Notes under the pieces: model-generated
Databases searched by the model: none
Seen by the model: the letters and a program-made list of their open reading frames with translations, nothing else
Told to the model about the DNA's origin: nothing
Translations under genes and position numbers: made by a program
Virus record (IMG/VR): IMGVR_UViG_3300033076_000834
Location: 1-40,442 of that record
Direction: 5' to 3' (one strand)
Length of the DNA stretch: 40,442 nt
DNA from: a virus
Lineage: Duplodnaviria > Caudoviricetes
In this document: one piece after another, positions 28,331-35,452 of the stretch
Layout: every line of letters starts with the position of its first letter
Position numbering within the stretch: position 1 is the stretch's first letter

Positions 28331-28356
28331 GGCGCTCGCCACAGGGGCGGAGCGCC
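28331..28356 (+). terminator. GC-rich stem-loop
   Basis: GGCGCTC...GAGCGCC 7-bp stem with inner pairing; weak U-tract. Confidence 0.55.
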
Positions 28357-28397
28357 TACTTATAAAATCAAATACGTATGAAAAAATATTAGCGACA

Positions 28398-28643
28398 ATG
28401 AATCAATTAACACAGTTACTAAACGAGATGAAAGCCGAGTTACAGGAGCTATATGATAATCTAGACTATGAGCTGCGTAACACAGACAATCAGGACCTAA
28501 TAGACGAATCGTACTTCAGCGTTACTAGTAAACTAGAATCAGCATTATCCGATATGGATGTATTGATAAACGATATTGATAACGGTGTATACGATAACAC
28601 GTTAGAAGGTGACGGGACGCTAGAGGTCGAAGATGATATATAA
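28398..28643 (+). CDS. highly acidic helical protein
   Basis: About 22 D/E vs 3 K/R in 81 aa. Confidence 0.7.
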   Translation: MNQLTQLLNEMKAELQELYDNLDYELRNTDNQDLIDESYFSVTSKLESALSDMDVLINDIDNGVYDNTLEGDGTLEVEDDI

Positions 28644-28813
28644 CGGACGTTAGAGGATCCTTGTTTTTAGAGAACCCCCGTTAATTGAGGTCCATCGGCG
28701 GAAGAGGCTGACCGTGAAAAGGAGATGATGTATTTTTAGATCGTAACAATCCTTTCACATCGACTCATATATACATATATAACATACAATATTCACGCTC
28801 CGATTCTGAACTT

Positions 28814-28862
28814 GGATTTACCCCCTTCGCAATTAAGTGAAGTGAGGGTAAATCCTCTTTTT
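28814..28862 (+). terminator. long stem-loop / intrinsic terminator
   Basis: GGATTTACCC...GGGTAAATCC perfect 10-bp stem, inner CTTCGC/GTGAAG, then TCTTTTT. Confidence 0.7.
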
Positions 28863-28910
28863 ATACGATCTTTTCATCGACGGCACATATATACAGATAT
28901 ACCAATTGGA

Positions 28911-28936
28911 TGACCGCAACTATTCATGTAAATTTA
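28911..28936 (+). promoter_or_regulatory. early-type promoter TGACC-N13-TAAATTTA
   Basis: Exact motif; near-identical to the 29197 copy. Confidence 0.8.
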
Positions 28937-28959
28937 TTATATAATAAAAATAAAAAGAT

Positions 28960-29187
28960 ATGAATTGGAACACATTACGCCCTTTATTACGCCAAGAATT
29001 TGGTAAAAACTTTATGTTTTATAATGACCTTTATAAATCCGGGACTCGCCGTATTAAAATAAGATCAAATAACACAGAAGGTATATATAACTTTATTAAA
29101 AACAAATACCCAGAGTTAAATTTAAATATATACCAAGAAAAAGTATGGGGTAATATATTCAATTCAGTTACTATACATTACAAATAA
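28960..29187 (+). CDS. hypothetical protein
   Basis: Single ORF between two promoters. Confidence 0.65.
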   Translation: MNWNTLRPLLRQEFGKNFMFYNDLYKSGTRRIKIRSNNTEGIYNFIKNKYPELNLNIYQEKVWGNIFNSVTIHYK

Positions 29188-29196
29188 TAAATTGAT

Positions 29197-29222
29197 TGAC
29201 CGCAACTATTATGTTAAATTTA
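29197..29222 (+). promoter_or_regulatory. early-type promoter TGACC-N13-TAAATTTA
   Basis: Exact motif. Confidence 0.8.
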
Positions 29223-29248
29223 TTATATAATAAGAAAATAAGAAAAAT

Positions 29249-29476
29249 ATGACAAAGCAAGAATTTTTATTGAAATGGGGTATGTTAGATGAGTTAGTAG
29301 TTACTAATACGGATTTCAAACATATATTGTTAACCAATTTAAGTAACATAGGTATAAGAATTGAAAATCCGAAAGATAAGGATGAGGCGATAAGAAAAAC
29401 TAACCAATTAAAAGAGTTCATTAGTGATTTTTATAGTGCACAAGAAAAAGAAATAGCGATTAATTTTAAAAAATAA
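29249..29476 (+). CDS. hypothetical protein
   Basis: ORF directly after promoter. Confidence 0.65.
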   Translation: MTKQEFLLKWGMLDELVVTNTDFKHILLTNLSNIGIRIENPKDKDEAIRKTNQLKEFISDFYSAQEKEIAINFKK

Positions 29477-29480
29477 TTAT

Positions 29481-29708
29481 ATGACAATAGATTTAACAGT
29501 ATCAGAAATGAATGAATTAGTGTATGCATTAGGAATAGCTAATTTACACGGCCGTATGTTAAGAAAAGACATCGCGGAACAAGTAAGTAACAAGTTGTAT
29601 AGAGCGTTAGCAGTAGAAAATTTACGTATCGAAGAACAAATTGAACAGGACAGTATTTTTCACGATTTAAACTTCAAGCGCCGCTACATTCAACACGGTG
29701 ACTTTTAA
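29481..29708 (+). CDS. hypothetical protein
   Basis: 75-aa ORF. Confidence 0.6.
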   Translation: MTIDLTVSEMNELVYALGIANLHGRMLRKDIAEQVSNKLYRALAVENLRIEEQIEQDSIFHDLNFKRRYIQHGDF

Positions 29709-29719
29709 ATAAAATATTT

Positions 29720-29953
29720 ATGTCCAGACCAAAAATTAAATCTGTGATTACACAACGCATTACTGAGATTTACTCAGCGTCCGACTTAACAACGGCAAAA
29801 GAACTATTTAAAACCCTCTTAAACGAATCAAACATTAAGGACGTCGATAAGGATAAAATGTTAGTTGAGTTGGATAAAATAACAACTTTGAGACAAGTTC
29901 AATTCTACGCGACTAATGCAATGTTTAAGTTCGAGGGTTTAGGAATTGATTGA
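29720..29953 (+). CDS. hypothetical protein
   Basis: 77-aa ORF; its stop codon is the TGA of the next TGACC box. Confidence 0.65.
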   Translation: MSRPKIKSVITQRITEIYSASDLTTAKELFKTLLNESNIKDVDKDKMLVELDKITTLRQVQFYATNAMFKFEGLGID

Positions 29954-29976
29954 CCTCCACTTAGGTTATAAATTTA
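29951..29976 (+). promoter_or_regulatory. early-type promoter TGACC-N13-TAAATTTA
   Basis: Exact motif. Confidence 0.8.
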
Positions 29977-29999
29977 ATTATAAATAAAAAATAAAAAGT

Positions 30000-30242
30000 A
30001 TGGGATTCATTTACGACAAACACTCCGACCAAGAAAGAATGTTGAGCAAGTTCGACAAAGTAGTTAAACGTAATAAACAAGTTATGGATGAAAACCATCC
30101 CGACTTTGAACCAACAATGTTACCATTGGCTGAACAATTTAAGTATTGGGAAAGAAAAAATGAGAAAGCTCGCGCCGCTAAGGAAGCAGCTAAGGAAACT
30201 AAAGTAGCTGAACCATTTATTAGCCATTATAAACCCAAATAG
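30000..30242 (+). CDS. hypothetical protein
   Basis: ORF directly after promoter. Confidence 0.65.
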   Translation: MGFIYDKHSDQERMLSKFDKVVKRNKQVMDENHPDFEPTMLPLAEQFKYWERKNEKARAAKEAAKETKVAEPFISHYKPK

Positions 30243-30318
30243 TATATTAGTATATACGGAAGAGGAATGTGGGTGAAAGTTCGAGAGGCTACATTGATAA
30301 AAAATTAAAATAAAAGTT

Positions 30319-30582
30319 ATGGATATTAGAGAAAAATGTTATGAACGAGCAACTGAGTTTGCAATTGAGTATGGTTTCACAAATGTAAGTGAACATATAA
30401 TGGATATCATGGTTTCGATCATGTGTACTAGAGATAAGTCCTCACATGCGGGAGGAAGTTTTGTACAAGCAGTAGTTGCTAATGATTTGTATCTTGCCTT
30501 AAGTAGAGCAGATATGGATTGTAGAAACAATATTTATTTGTTAGCTATGTGTAATGCAAATTGTTTCATCGATAAATTTTAG
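30319..30582 (+). CDS. hypothetical protein
   Basis: GGSFVQAVVANDLYLALSRAD segment; consensus leader. Confidence 0.7.
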   Translation: MDIREKCYERATEFAIEYGFTNVSEHIMDIMVSIMCTRDKSSHAGGSFVQAVVANDLYLALSRADMDCRNNIYLLAMCNANCFIDKF

Positions 30583-30584
30583 TT

Positions 30585-30809
30585 ATGACTATTAGAGAAC
30601 TAGTAGAGCAACTACAACAACTAGACCCTGAACTACATGTATTCGTTCACGGATATGAAGGTGGATATAATGATGCTGGTCCAATTACTCCACCTAATAG
30701 TTTTGCTTTAGACTTTCATGATGAATGGTATTACGGCAAACATGAAACAGCAGATTATTCAGGTGTAGAAGAGGGAAATTATACAATTGTTAAAGGAATA
30801 GTATTATAA
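30585..30809 (+). CDS. hypothetical protein
   Basis: MTIRELVEQLQQLDPEL..GYEGG. Confidence 0.7.
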   Translation: MTIRELVEQLQQLDPELHVFVHGYEGGYNDAGPITPPNSFALDFHDEWYYGKHETADYSGVEEGNYTIVKGIVL

Positions 30810-30819
30810 AAAATAAGTT

Positions 30820-31029
30820 ATGATAAACACTACAACAGAACGATTAATTGAGATTGAAAAAGAACGTGAACAAACTATGTTGGATAAAGATTTCCAGAAA
30901 TGGTTTGCCGAATTTAATATTTCACAATCATATGATGAGCCAAGTGGTAAAATCAGAGCACGTGAAATAATGAATTTATGGACTAATAAACATGGTGAAT
31001 TAAATAGTTTTAATGTGTTAGTTAAATAG
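30820..31029 (+). CDS. hypothetical protein
   Basis: Consensus leader. Confidence 0.6.
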   Translation: MINTTTERLIEIEKEREQTMLDKDFQKWFAEFNISQSYDEPSGKIRAREIMNLWTNKHGELNSFNVLVK

Positions 31030-31055
31030 ACGATTGATTTTCAACGTTTTAGTTG

Positions 31056-31097
31056 GGGAGCCCGGTTAGATTGACCGCGGCTCCCTTGCTATCTTTA
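31056..31097 (+). promoter_or_regulatory. hairpin fused with early-type promoter TGACC-N13-TATCTTTA (31072-31097)
   Basis: GGGAGCC-CGGTTA-gat-TGACCG-c-GGCTCCC inverted repeat includes the promoter box. Confidence 0.75.
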
Positions 31098-31122
31098 TTA
31101 TATAATAAGAAAATAAGGAAAG

Positions 31123-31188
31123 ATGGCAATTATAATATTATGGTTTTTGGTTATGTACGGTTTGTTAAGTAAAGAAGATAAAGAATAA
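31123..31188 (+). CDS. 21-aa hydrophobic peptide (not in ORF track)
   Basis: MAIIILWFLVMYGLLSKEDKE*, between two promoters. Confidence 0.5.
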   Translation: MAIIILWFLVMYGLLSKEDKE

Positions 31189-31189
31189 T

Positions 31190-31215
31190 TGACCGCGATT
31201 AGTTTGTTAAATTTA
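31190..31215 (+). promoter_or_regulatory. early-type promoter TGACC-N13-TAAATTTA
   Basis: Exact motif, 1 nt after a stop codon. Confidence 0.8.
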
Positions 31216-31244
31216 TTATATAATAAGAAATAAAAGATAAAGAT

Positions 31245-32060
31245 ATGAATACAGGTAAAAAAAGAGGTAGACCGAGTAAAAAACAAGTAGCTAACTTTAC
31301 AGTTGTTCCAACTGAATTAAAATTAGATATTGTACAGTTAAGTAATTTAGATATCGATCCACGTATGATGGATACTATGAAAAGTGGTTTACCGATTGAT
31401 GACTTGATTTCGCATGAAGGAGGAGTTCCATGTGCCACAAATATTATGTGTATTGGAGATCCGGGTGTTGGTAAAACAACTGTACTATTAGATTTATTAG
31501 CTTCTATGAATAATAAAGGAAATAAATGTTTGTTCATTTCAGGTGAAATGGGTAAGAAACAAATGTTTAAGTACACACAACGTTTCCCACAATTTAGAAA
31601 TGTAAAAACATTGTTCATGGCTGATTATTTAGAACATAACACAAAAGATGTTATTGAACAAGTAATGAGTATGGGTTGGGATTGTATATTAATAGATTCA
31701 ATTGCTGAGATTATTGATGGTGTAAGAGATGATAATAGATGGGATCGTAAACAAGCTGAATCATGGTTAGTTGATTTGTGTGTTAAAAATAATAAAGGTG
31801 AGAATGATACAAATGCTTATACTTCGTATTTGTTAATTCAACAAGTAACTAAATCAGGTGAGTTTGTTGGTTCAAATAAATTGAAACATATGACCGACGC
31901 AATGATGGAAATGAGAAGAAGAAGTGACCGCGACGGAGGTGGAACATATATGAACTTTATTAAGAATAGAAATGGTAATGTTGATCAACAGTTTAGTTAT
32001 GAGTTACAAAACGATTACATTTATTACGGTTCAATAGTAGAGTCAGAAGACGAAGAATAA
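31245..32060 (+). CDS. RadA/Sms-like RecA-family ATPase with N-terminal AT-hook-like motif
   Basis: GDPGVGKTT, FISGE, ILIDS, GSNKLKHMTDA, KNRNG (cf. RadA KNRFG); KKRGRP at the N-terminus. Confidence 0.82.
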   Translation: MNTGKKRGRPSKKQVANFTVVPTELKLDIVQLSNLDIDPRMMDTMKSGLPIDDLISHEGGVPCATNIMCIGDPGVGKTTVLLDLLASMNNKGNKCLFISGEMGKKQMFKYTQRFPQFRNVKTLFMADYLEHNTKDVIEQVMSMGWDCILIDSIAEIIDGVRDDNRWDRKQAESWLVDLCVKNNKGENDTNAYTSYLLIQQVTKSGEFVGSNKLKHMTDAMMEMRRRSDRDGGGTYMNFIKNRNGNVDQQFSYELQNDYIYYGSIVESEDEE

Positions 32061-32080
32061 TAAAATTAAAAATATAAGTT

Positions 32081-32218
32081 ATGATTAGAATGATTAAGAA
32101 CCTTTACGGTTATGTGAGATGTAAGTATTGTGGACGTGATTGTGGTTCTACAGGTTCAGGAATGTCCATTAATGGAATGTGTGAACGTTGTTATGAGAAT
32201 GGAGGTGATGAAGAATAA
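32081..32218 (+). CDS. small zinc-finger protein (45 aa, not in ORF track)
   Basis: CKYC...CERC; AAGTT-ATG leader. Confidence 0.6.
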   Translation: MIRMIKNLYGYVRCKYCGRDCGSTGSGMSINGMCERCYENGGDEE

Positions 32219-32221
32219 CTT

Positions 32222-32247
32222 TAACCTCAATTAAGTAATTAAATTAA
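32222..32247 (+). promoter_or_regulatory. variant promoter TAACC-N13-TAAATTAA
   Basis: Same spacing, one mismatch per box, 3 nt after a stop codon. Confidence 0.45.
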
Positions 32248-32252
32248 GTTAT

Positions 32253-32429
32253 ATGAATTTATATGTTATAGAATGTTACAATAAAAAAGGATATCCAATT
32301 TGTACAGAGTATGTAGTAGCTTCAGGTGAGCGTAAAGCAAAATCAGCTTTAAAAGCAAATGAAAGTACTAAAGGATGGCTTGGTAAAATGGTAATTGAAA
32401 ATGTATTAAAAGTAATTATAACAAATTAA
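32253..32429 (+). CDS. hypothetical protein (58 aa, not in ORF track)
   Basis: MNLYVIECYNKKGYPIC...; fills the gap. Confidence 0.55.
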   Translation: MNLYVIECYNKKGYPICTEYVVASGERKAKSALKANESTKGWLGKMVIENVLKVIITN

Positions 32430-32440
32430 AAATAAAAAAT

Positions 32441-32641
32441 ATGAGTGATAATAAATCATCAAATGGAATAGGGTTTACCACAGTATTATTTCTAATATTC
32501 ATGACCCTCAAATTAACAAATACAATTGATTGGTCTTGGTGGTGGGTTACTTCACCGTTATGGTTTCCAATAGCATTAGTGATTGGATTAGTTATTATTT
32601 CAACTATTGTTGCTTATATAAGTTATTTAATGGATAAATAA
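32441..32641 (+). CDS. small two-TM membrane protein
   Basis: GFTTVLFLIFMTLKL...IDWSWWWVTSPLW. Confidence 0.75.
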   Translation: MSDNKSSNGIGFTTVLFLIFMTLKLTNTIDWSWWWVTSPLWFPIALVIGLVIISTIVAYISYLMDK

Positions 32642-32651
32642 AAATAAAATT

Positions 32652-33785
32652 ATGTTAAATAAAATTACTAGAGTAAGATTTGGACATCGATATAAAGGTG
32701 GTCAATATGTTATTGGTTTTTCAAGTTCAAGTTATTATGGTGGAGATGATTTTTTTGTTAATGAAAAAGATAGTCTTGTACTCCAAAAAGCACTTAAGTT
32801 AATTGCTAAATCAAATAATATTAAACCAGTAAAAGGAGATACTATATACGCTACTAAATCAAGTGATATACCTCGTTTTAAATTAAAGGAGTTTATTAAG
32901 GAAAATGGATTGAAAAAAACATCCAGACATCAGATGGCAAATGTGTTCATTGTAAATAAAGGACATTTCTTTGAAACACTTAAAAATTTGAAATTTAAAG
33001 AGTATTTGTTCATGAATAAAGATTATGCTAATTCAAACTATAAAAAATGGTTTGATGGGTATAATAAAGATAAAATCACTAATGAGTTTTTATCAGCTGA
33101 AGATAAAAATAATGCTGTATTACTTGAAACTGAAAGAGGTGCTAGTGATTGGAAGGAGGTTTTTAAAAAAGATCCAACTTGGGAAAATGTAATTGATAGT
33201 AATACTCATACAACTAAAGGAACATTTATTTCACTTTATAGAGAAGCTAAAACAATTAGTTTAATTGAAACTATAATTAGTAATGTTAATGACTTTATAA
33301 ATGGAAGTAAAAGAATTGTATTTGATGAAGATTTATTTGTTGAGTTAAATAAGGAAGGAATTGAACTCGATGGTGAATATTTACAAACACTTAGAGATAT
33401 GTTGTTCAGTAAAGATGATTCTAATGTTAAGTTAGGATTTGAAATGATGTCTAATCTGGTTGTTAACGATCATATGTTATTAGCCACTTCGTTTTTATTG
33501 AATGAATTGATTCATACAACTAAATTTAGACCTAGTTATTATACAAATAATAATTCCAACTTAAAAGCGTTATTAAAGGTTCTTAAAACAAGAGGTATTC
33601 ATTGGGAACGTGATTGGAAAACGTTTGGTACTGGGTTGAGAAATAATTTTAAAACGGGGAAGGAAGGTGATATAGTTAAGAGATTCTTATTAGATAATAT
33701 TAACCGTGAATTTAAAATAAGTAATTCAGCTGCTGAATCATTAGTTGATATTGTTTTTACGACCGAGGTTTTAGAAGTAAATTAA
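32652..33785 (+). CDS. protein with BRCT-like segment and MLxS helical motif
   Basis: GDTIYAT...PRFKLKEFIKENGLKKT...ANVFIV (BRCT-like, inferred); ELDGEYLQTLRDMLFSKDDSNVKLG. Confidence 0.6.
   Translation: MLNKITRVRFGHRYKGGQYVIGFSSSSYYGGDDFFVNEKDSLVLQKALKLIAKSNNIKPVKGDTIYATKSSDIPRFKLKEFIKENGLKKTSRHQMANVFIVNKGHFFETLKNLKFKEYLFMNKDYANSNYKKWFDGYNKDKITNEFLSAEDKNNAVLLETERGASDWKEVFKKDPTWENVIDSNTHTTKGTFISLYREAKTISLIETIISNVNDFINGSKRIVFDEDLFVELNKEGIELDGEYLQTLRDMLFSKDDSNVKLGFEMMSNLVVNDHMLLATSFLLNELIHTTKFRPSYYTNNNSNLKALLKVLKTRGIHWERDWKTFGTGLRNNFKTGKEGDIVKRFLLDNINREFKISNSAAESLVDIVFTTEVLEVN
33760..33785 (+). promoter_or_regulatory. variant promoter CGACC-N13-TAAATTAA
   Basis: Same spacing; overlaps the end of the upstream gene, just before the VWA gene. 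Confidence 0.45.
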
Positions 33786-33800
33786 TAAAAAATAAATTAT

Positions 33801-35039
33801 ATGATAAATGATATCCACTCAGACATTGCCAAACACTCCAAAACATTAATGTTTCGTGAGCCGTTTTATGGATTGTTCTTAATTGGTTTAAATAAAGAAT
33901 TAAGTGATGCTGTTCAAACAGCGTGTGTAGCTAAAGATGGTATTAATACTAAGTTAGTTGTTAGTCCTAAATTTTGGGAGACACTAGGTGAGGGATGTAA
34001 AGTAGCTGTTTTGAAACATGAATTATTACACATCGCATTTAAACACTTACAGATGTTTGATGAGTATGATGATAAATCATTATTGAATGTAGCTGCTGAT
34101 TTAGAAATTAATCAATACATTCAAGACGAGTATAAAGATGATACTTGGGATGGTTTAGAAATAAATAAAGCACCTTGGGCTGAATTGAAATTACCTGAAA
34201 AAGCAGGTACTAGAAAATATTATGAATTAATTAGAAAAGAAGAAGAAAAGAATCCAGATGGTGATGTAGCTAAGTTTATGGATGCTGCTAGAGCTGCTAA
34301 TGGAGATGGTGAGCCTAGAGAAATAACTTTAGGAGATGGTACTAAAGTAACTGTTAAGGCGTCTCATGAGTTTTGGAAACAATTTGAGAATATGGATGAA
34401 GCAGAAAAGAAATTGATGGAAAAACAAATTGAACATCAATTAAAAGAAACTGCTGAACAAGTACAAAGACAAAGAGGTACTATACCTGGTGAGTTAAAAG
34501 AATTGATTGATGGTTTATATGTGAGTGAAGAAGCAGTATTGGATTGGAGAGCTTATTTAAGACGTTTCAATGGTATGGCTAGTAAAGTTTATACTAAGAA
34601 AACAAGACGTAAACCAAATAAACGTTTCTATGGTAACCCCGCTCTTAAAATTAAACAAAGAAAAAATACATTAGTTGCTATTGATACTTCAGGTTCAGTT
34701 AGTAAAGATGATTTGAAGGAATTCTTAAGTGAAATTCATCACATATATAAAACAGGTACTGAAATAACTGTTGTTGAGTGTGATGCTGCGATTGGTAGAA
34801 TATATGAATATAAAGGTAAAGATGAAGAAGCATTATCAGTAACAGGTAGAGGAGGCACAAGTTATGATCCAGTATTAGAGTATCTATCTGATAATAGAGA
34901 TAAGTTTCAAAACTTAATTTACTTAACTGATGGTGAATGTTCAACTAGTATTACACCATGTAAACCTACTTTATGGGTTCATTGTTCAGGGAGAAGAATG
35001 AATGAAGATTTACCAGGTGCTAAAGTTCAAATTAAATAA
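33801..35039 (+). CDS. DUF2201-type metallopeptidase + VWA domain protein
   Basis: LKHELLH (HExxH), NVAADLEIN, MIDAS DTSGS, GRGGT, YLTDG. Confidence 0.9.
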   Translation: MINDIHSDIAKHSKTLMFREPFYGLFLIGLNKELSDAVQTACVAKDGINTKLVVSPKFWETLGEGCKVAVLKHELLHIAFKHLQMFDEYDDKSLLNVAADLEINQYIQDEYKDDTWDGLEINKAPWAELKLPEKAGTRKYYELIRKEEEKNPDGDVAKFMDAARAANGDGEPREITLGDGTKVTVKASHEFWKQFENMDEAEKKLMEKQIEHQLKETAEQVQRQRGTIPGELKELIDGLYVSEEAVLDWRAYLRRFNGMASKVYTKKTRRKPNKRFYGNPALKIKQRKNTLVAIDTSGSVSKDDLKEFLSEIHHIYKTGTEITVVECDAAIGRIYEYKGKDEEALSVTGRGGTSYDPVLEYLSDNRDKFQNLIYLTDGECSTSITPCKPTLWVHCSGRRMNEDLPGAKVQIK

Positions 35040-35040
35040 T

Positions 35041-35400
35041 ATGGAAAATATACACGATTTAGATGATGACCAAATCATCAGCATTAAGAATATGCTTAAT
35101 AGTTGGGAGGTAGATAATATTAGAATAGCATTAACACTTTTAAATAATGCTAATTTTAATAACCCAAATATATCACCTCAAATTAATCATTTAATGGGTG
35201 AATGTCCTGGATTAAGATTTGCTGTGTACAGTAATATCCATGACGCAGGTTTTCGTATTCGTTTTCATTTTGAAGATAAAAAACTTGATCCATCATCATT
35301 TCAAGAAAGAAGTTTATTTGTGGATGATGAAACAACTTCTGAATCGGTGAGTTATGTTCCGGTTCCAATTGATTACAACAATATCAAAATGAAATGGTAA
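35041..35400 (+). CDS. hypothetical protein with N-terminal MLxS helical motif
   Basis: HDLDDDQIISIKNMLNSWEVDNIRIALTLL; start moved to ATG 35041. Confidence 0.65.
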   Translation: MENIHDLDDDQIISIKNMLNSWEVDNIRIALTLLNNANFNNPNISPQINHLMGECPGLRFAVYSNIHDAGFRIRFHFEDKKLDPSSFQERSLFVDDETTSESVSYVPVPIDYNNIKMKW

Positions 35401-35401
35401 T

Positions 35402-35427
35402 TGACCTTAATTAAGAATATAAATTTA
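35402..35427 (+). promoter_or_regulatory. early-type promoter TGACC-N13-TAAATTTA
   Basis: Exact motif, 1 nt after a stop codon. Confidence 0.78.
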
Positions 35428-35452
35428 ATTATAAATAAAAAAGTAAAAGAAA

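Noticed and set aside
30256-30296. GTTCGAGA in a small hairpin, reminiscent of a tRNA T-loop
   Set aside because: Only about 40 nt with one weak stem (AATGTGG/CTACATT); no cloverleaf can be built
27572-31215. Recurrent TGACC motif as CRISPR repeats or integron attC sites
   Set aside because: Variable 13-nt core, gene-sized irregular spacing, no consistent attC-like dyad and no integrase in the window; the bipartite spacing fits a promoter
31923-31935. TGACCGCG inside the RadA-like gene
   Set aside because: Coding context and no downstream TAnnTTTA box
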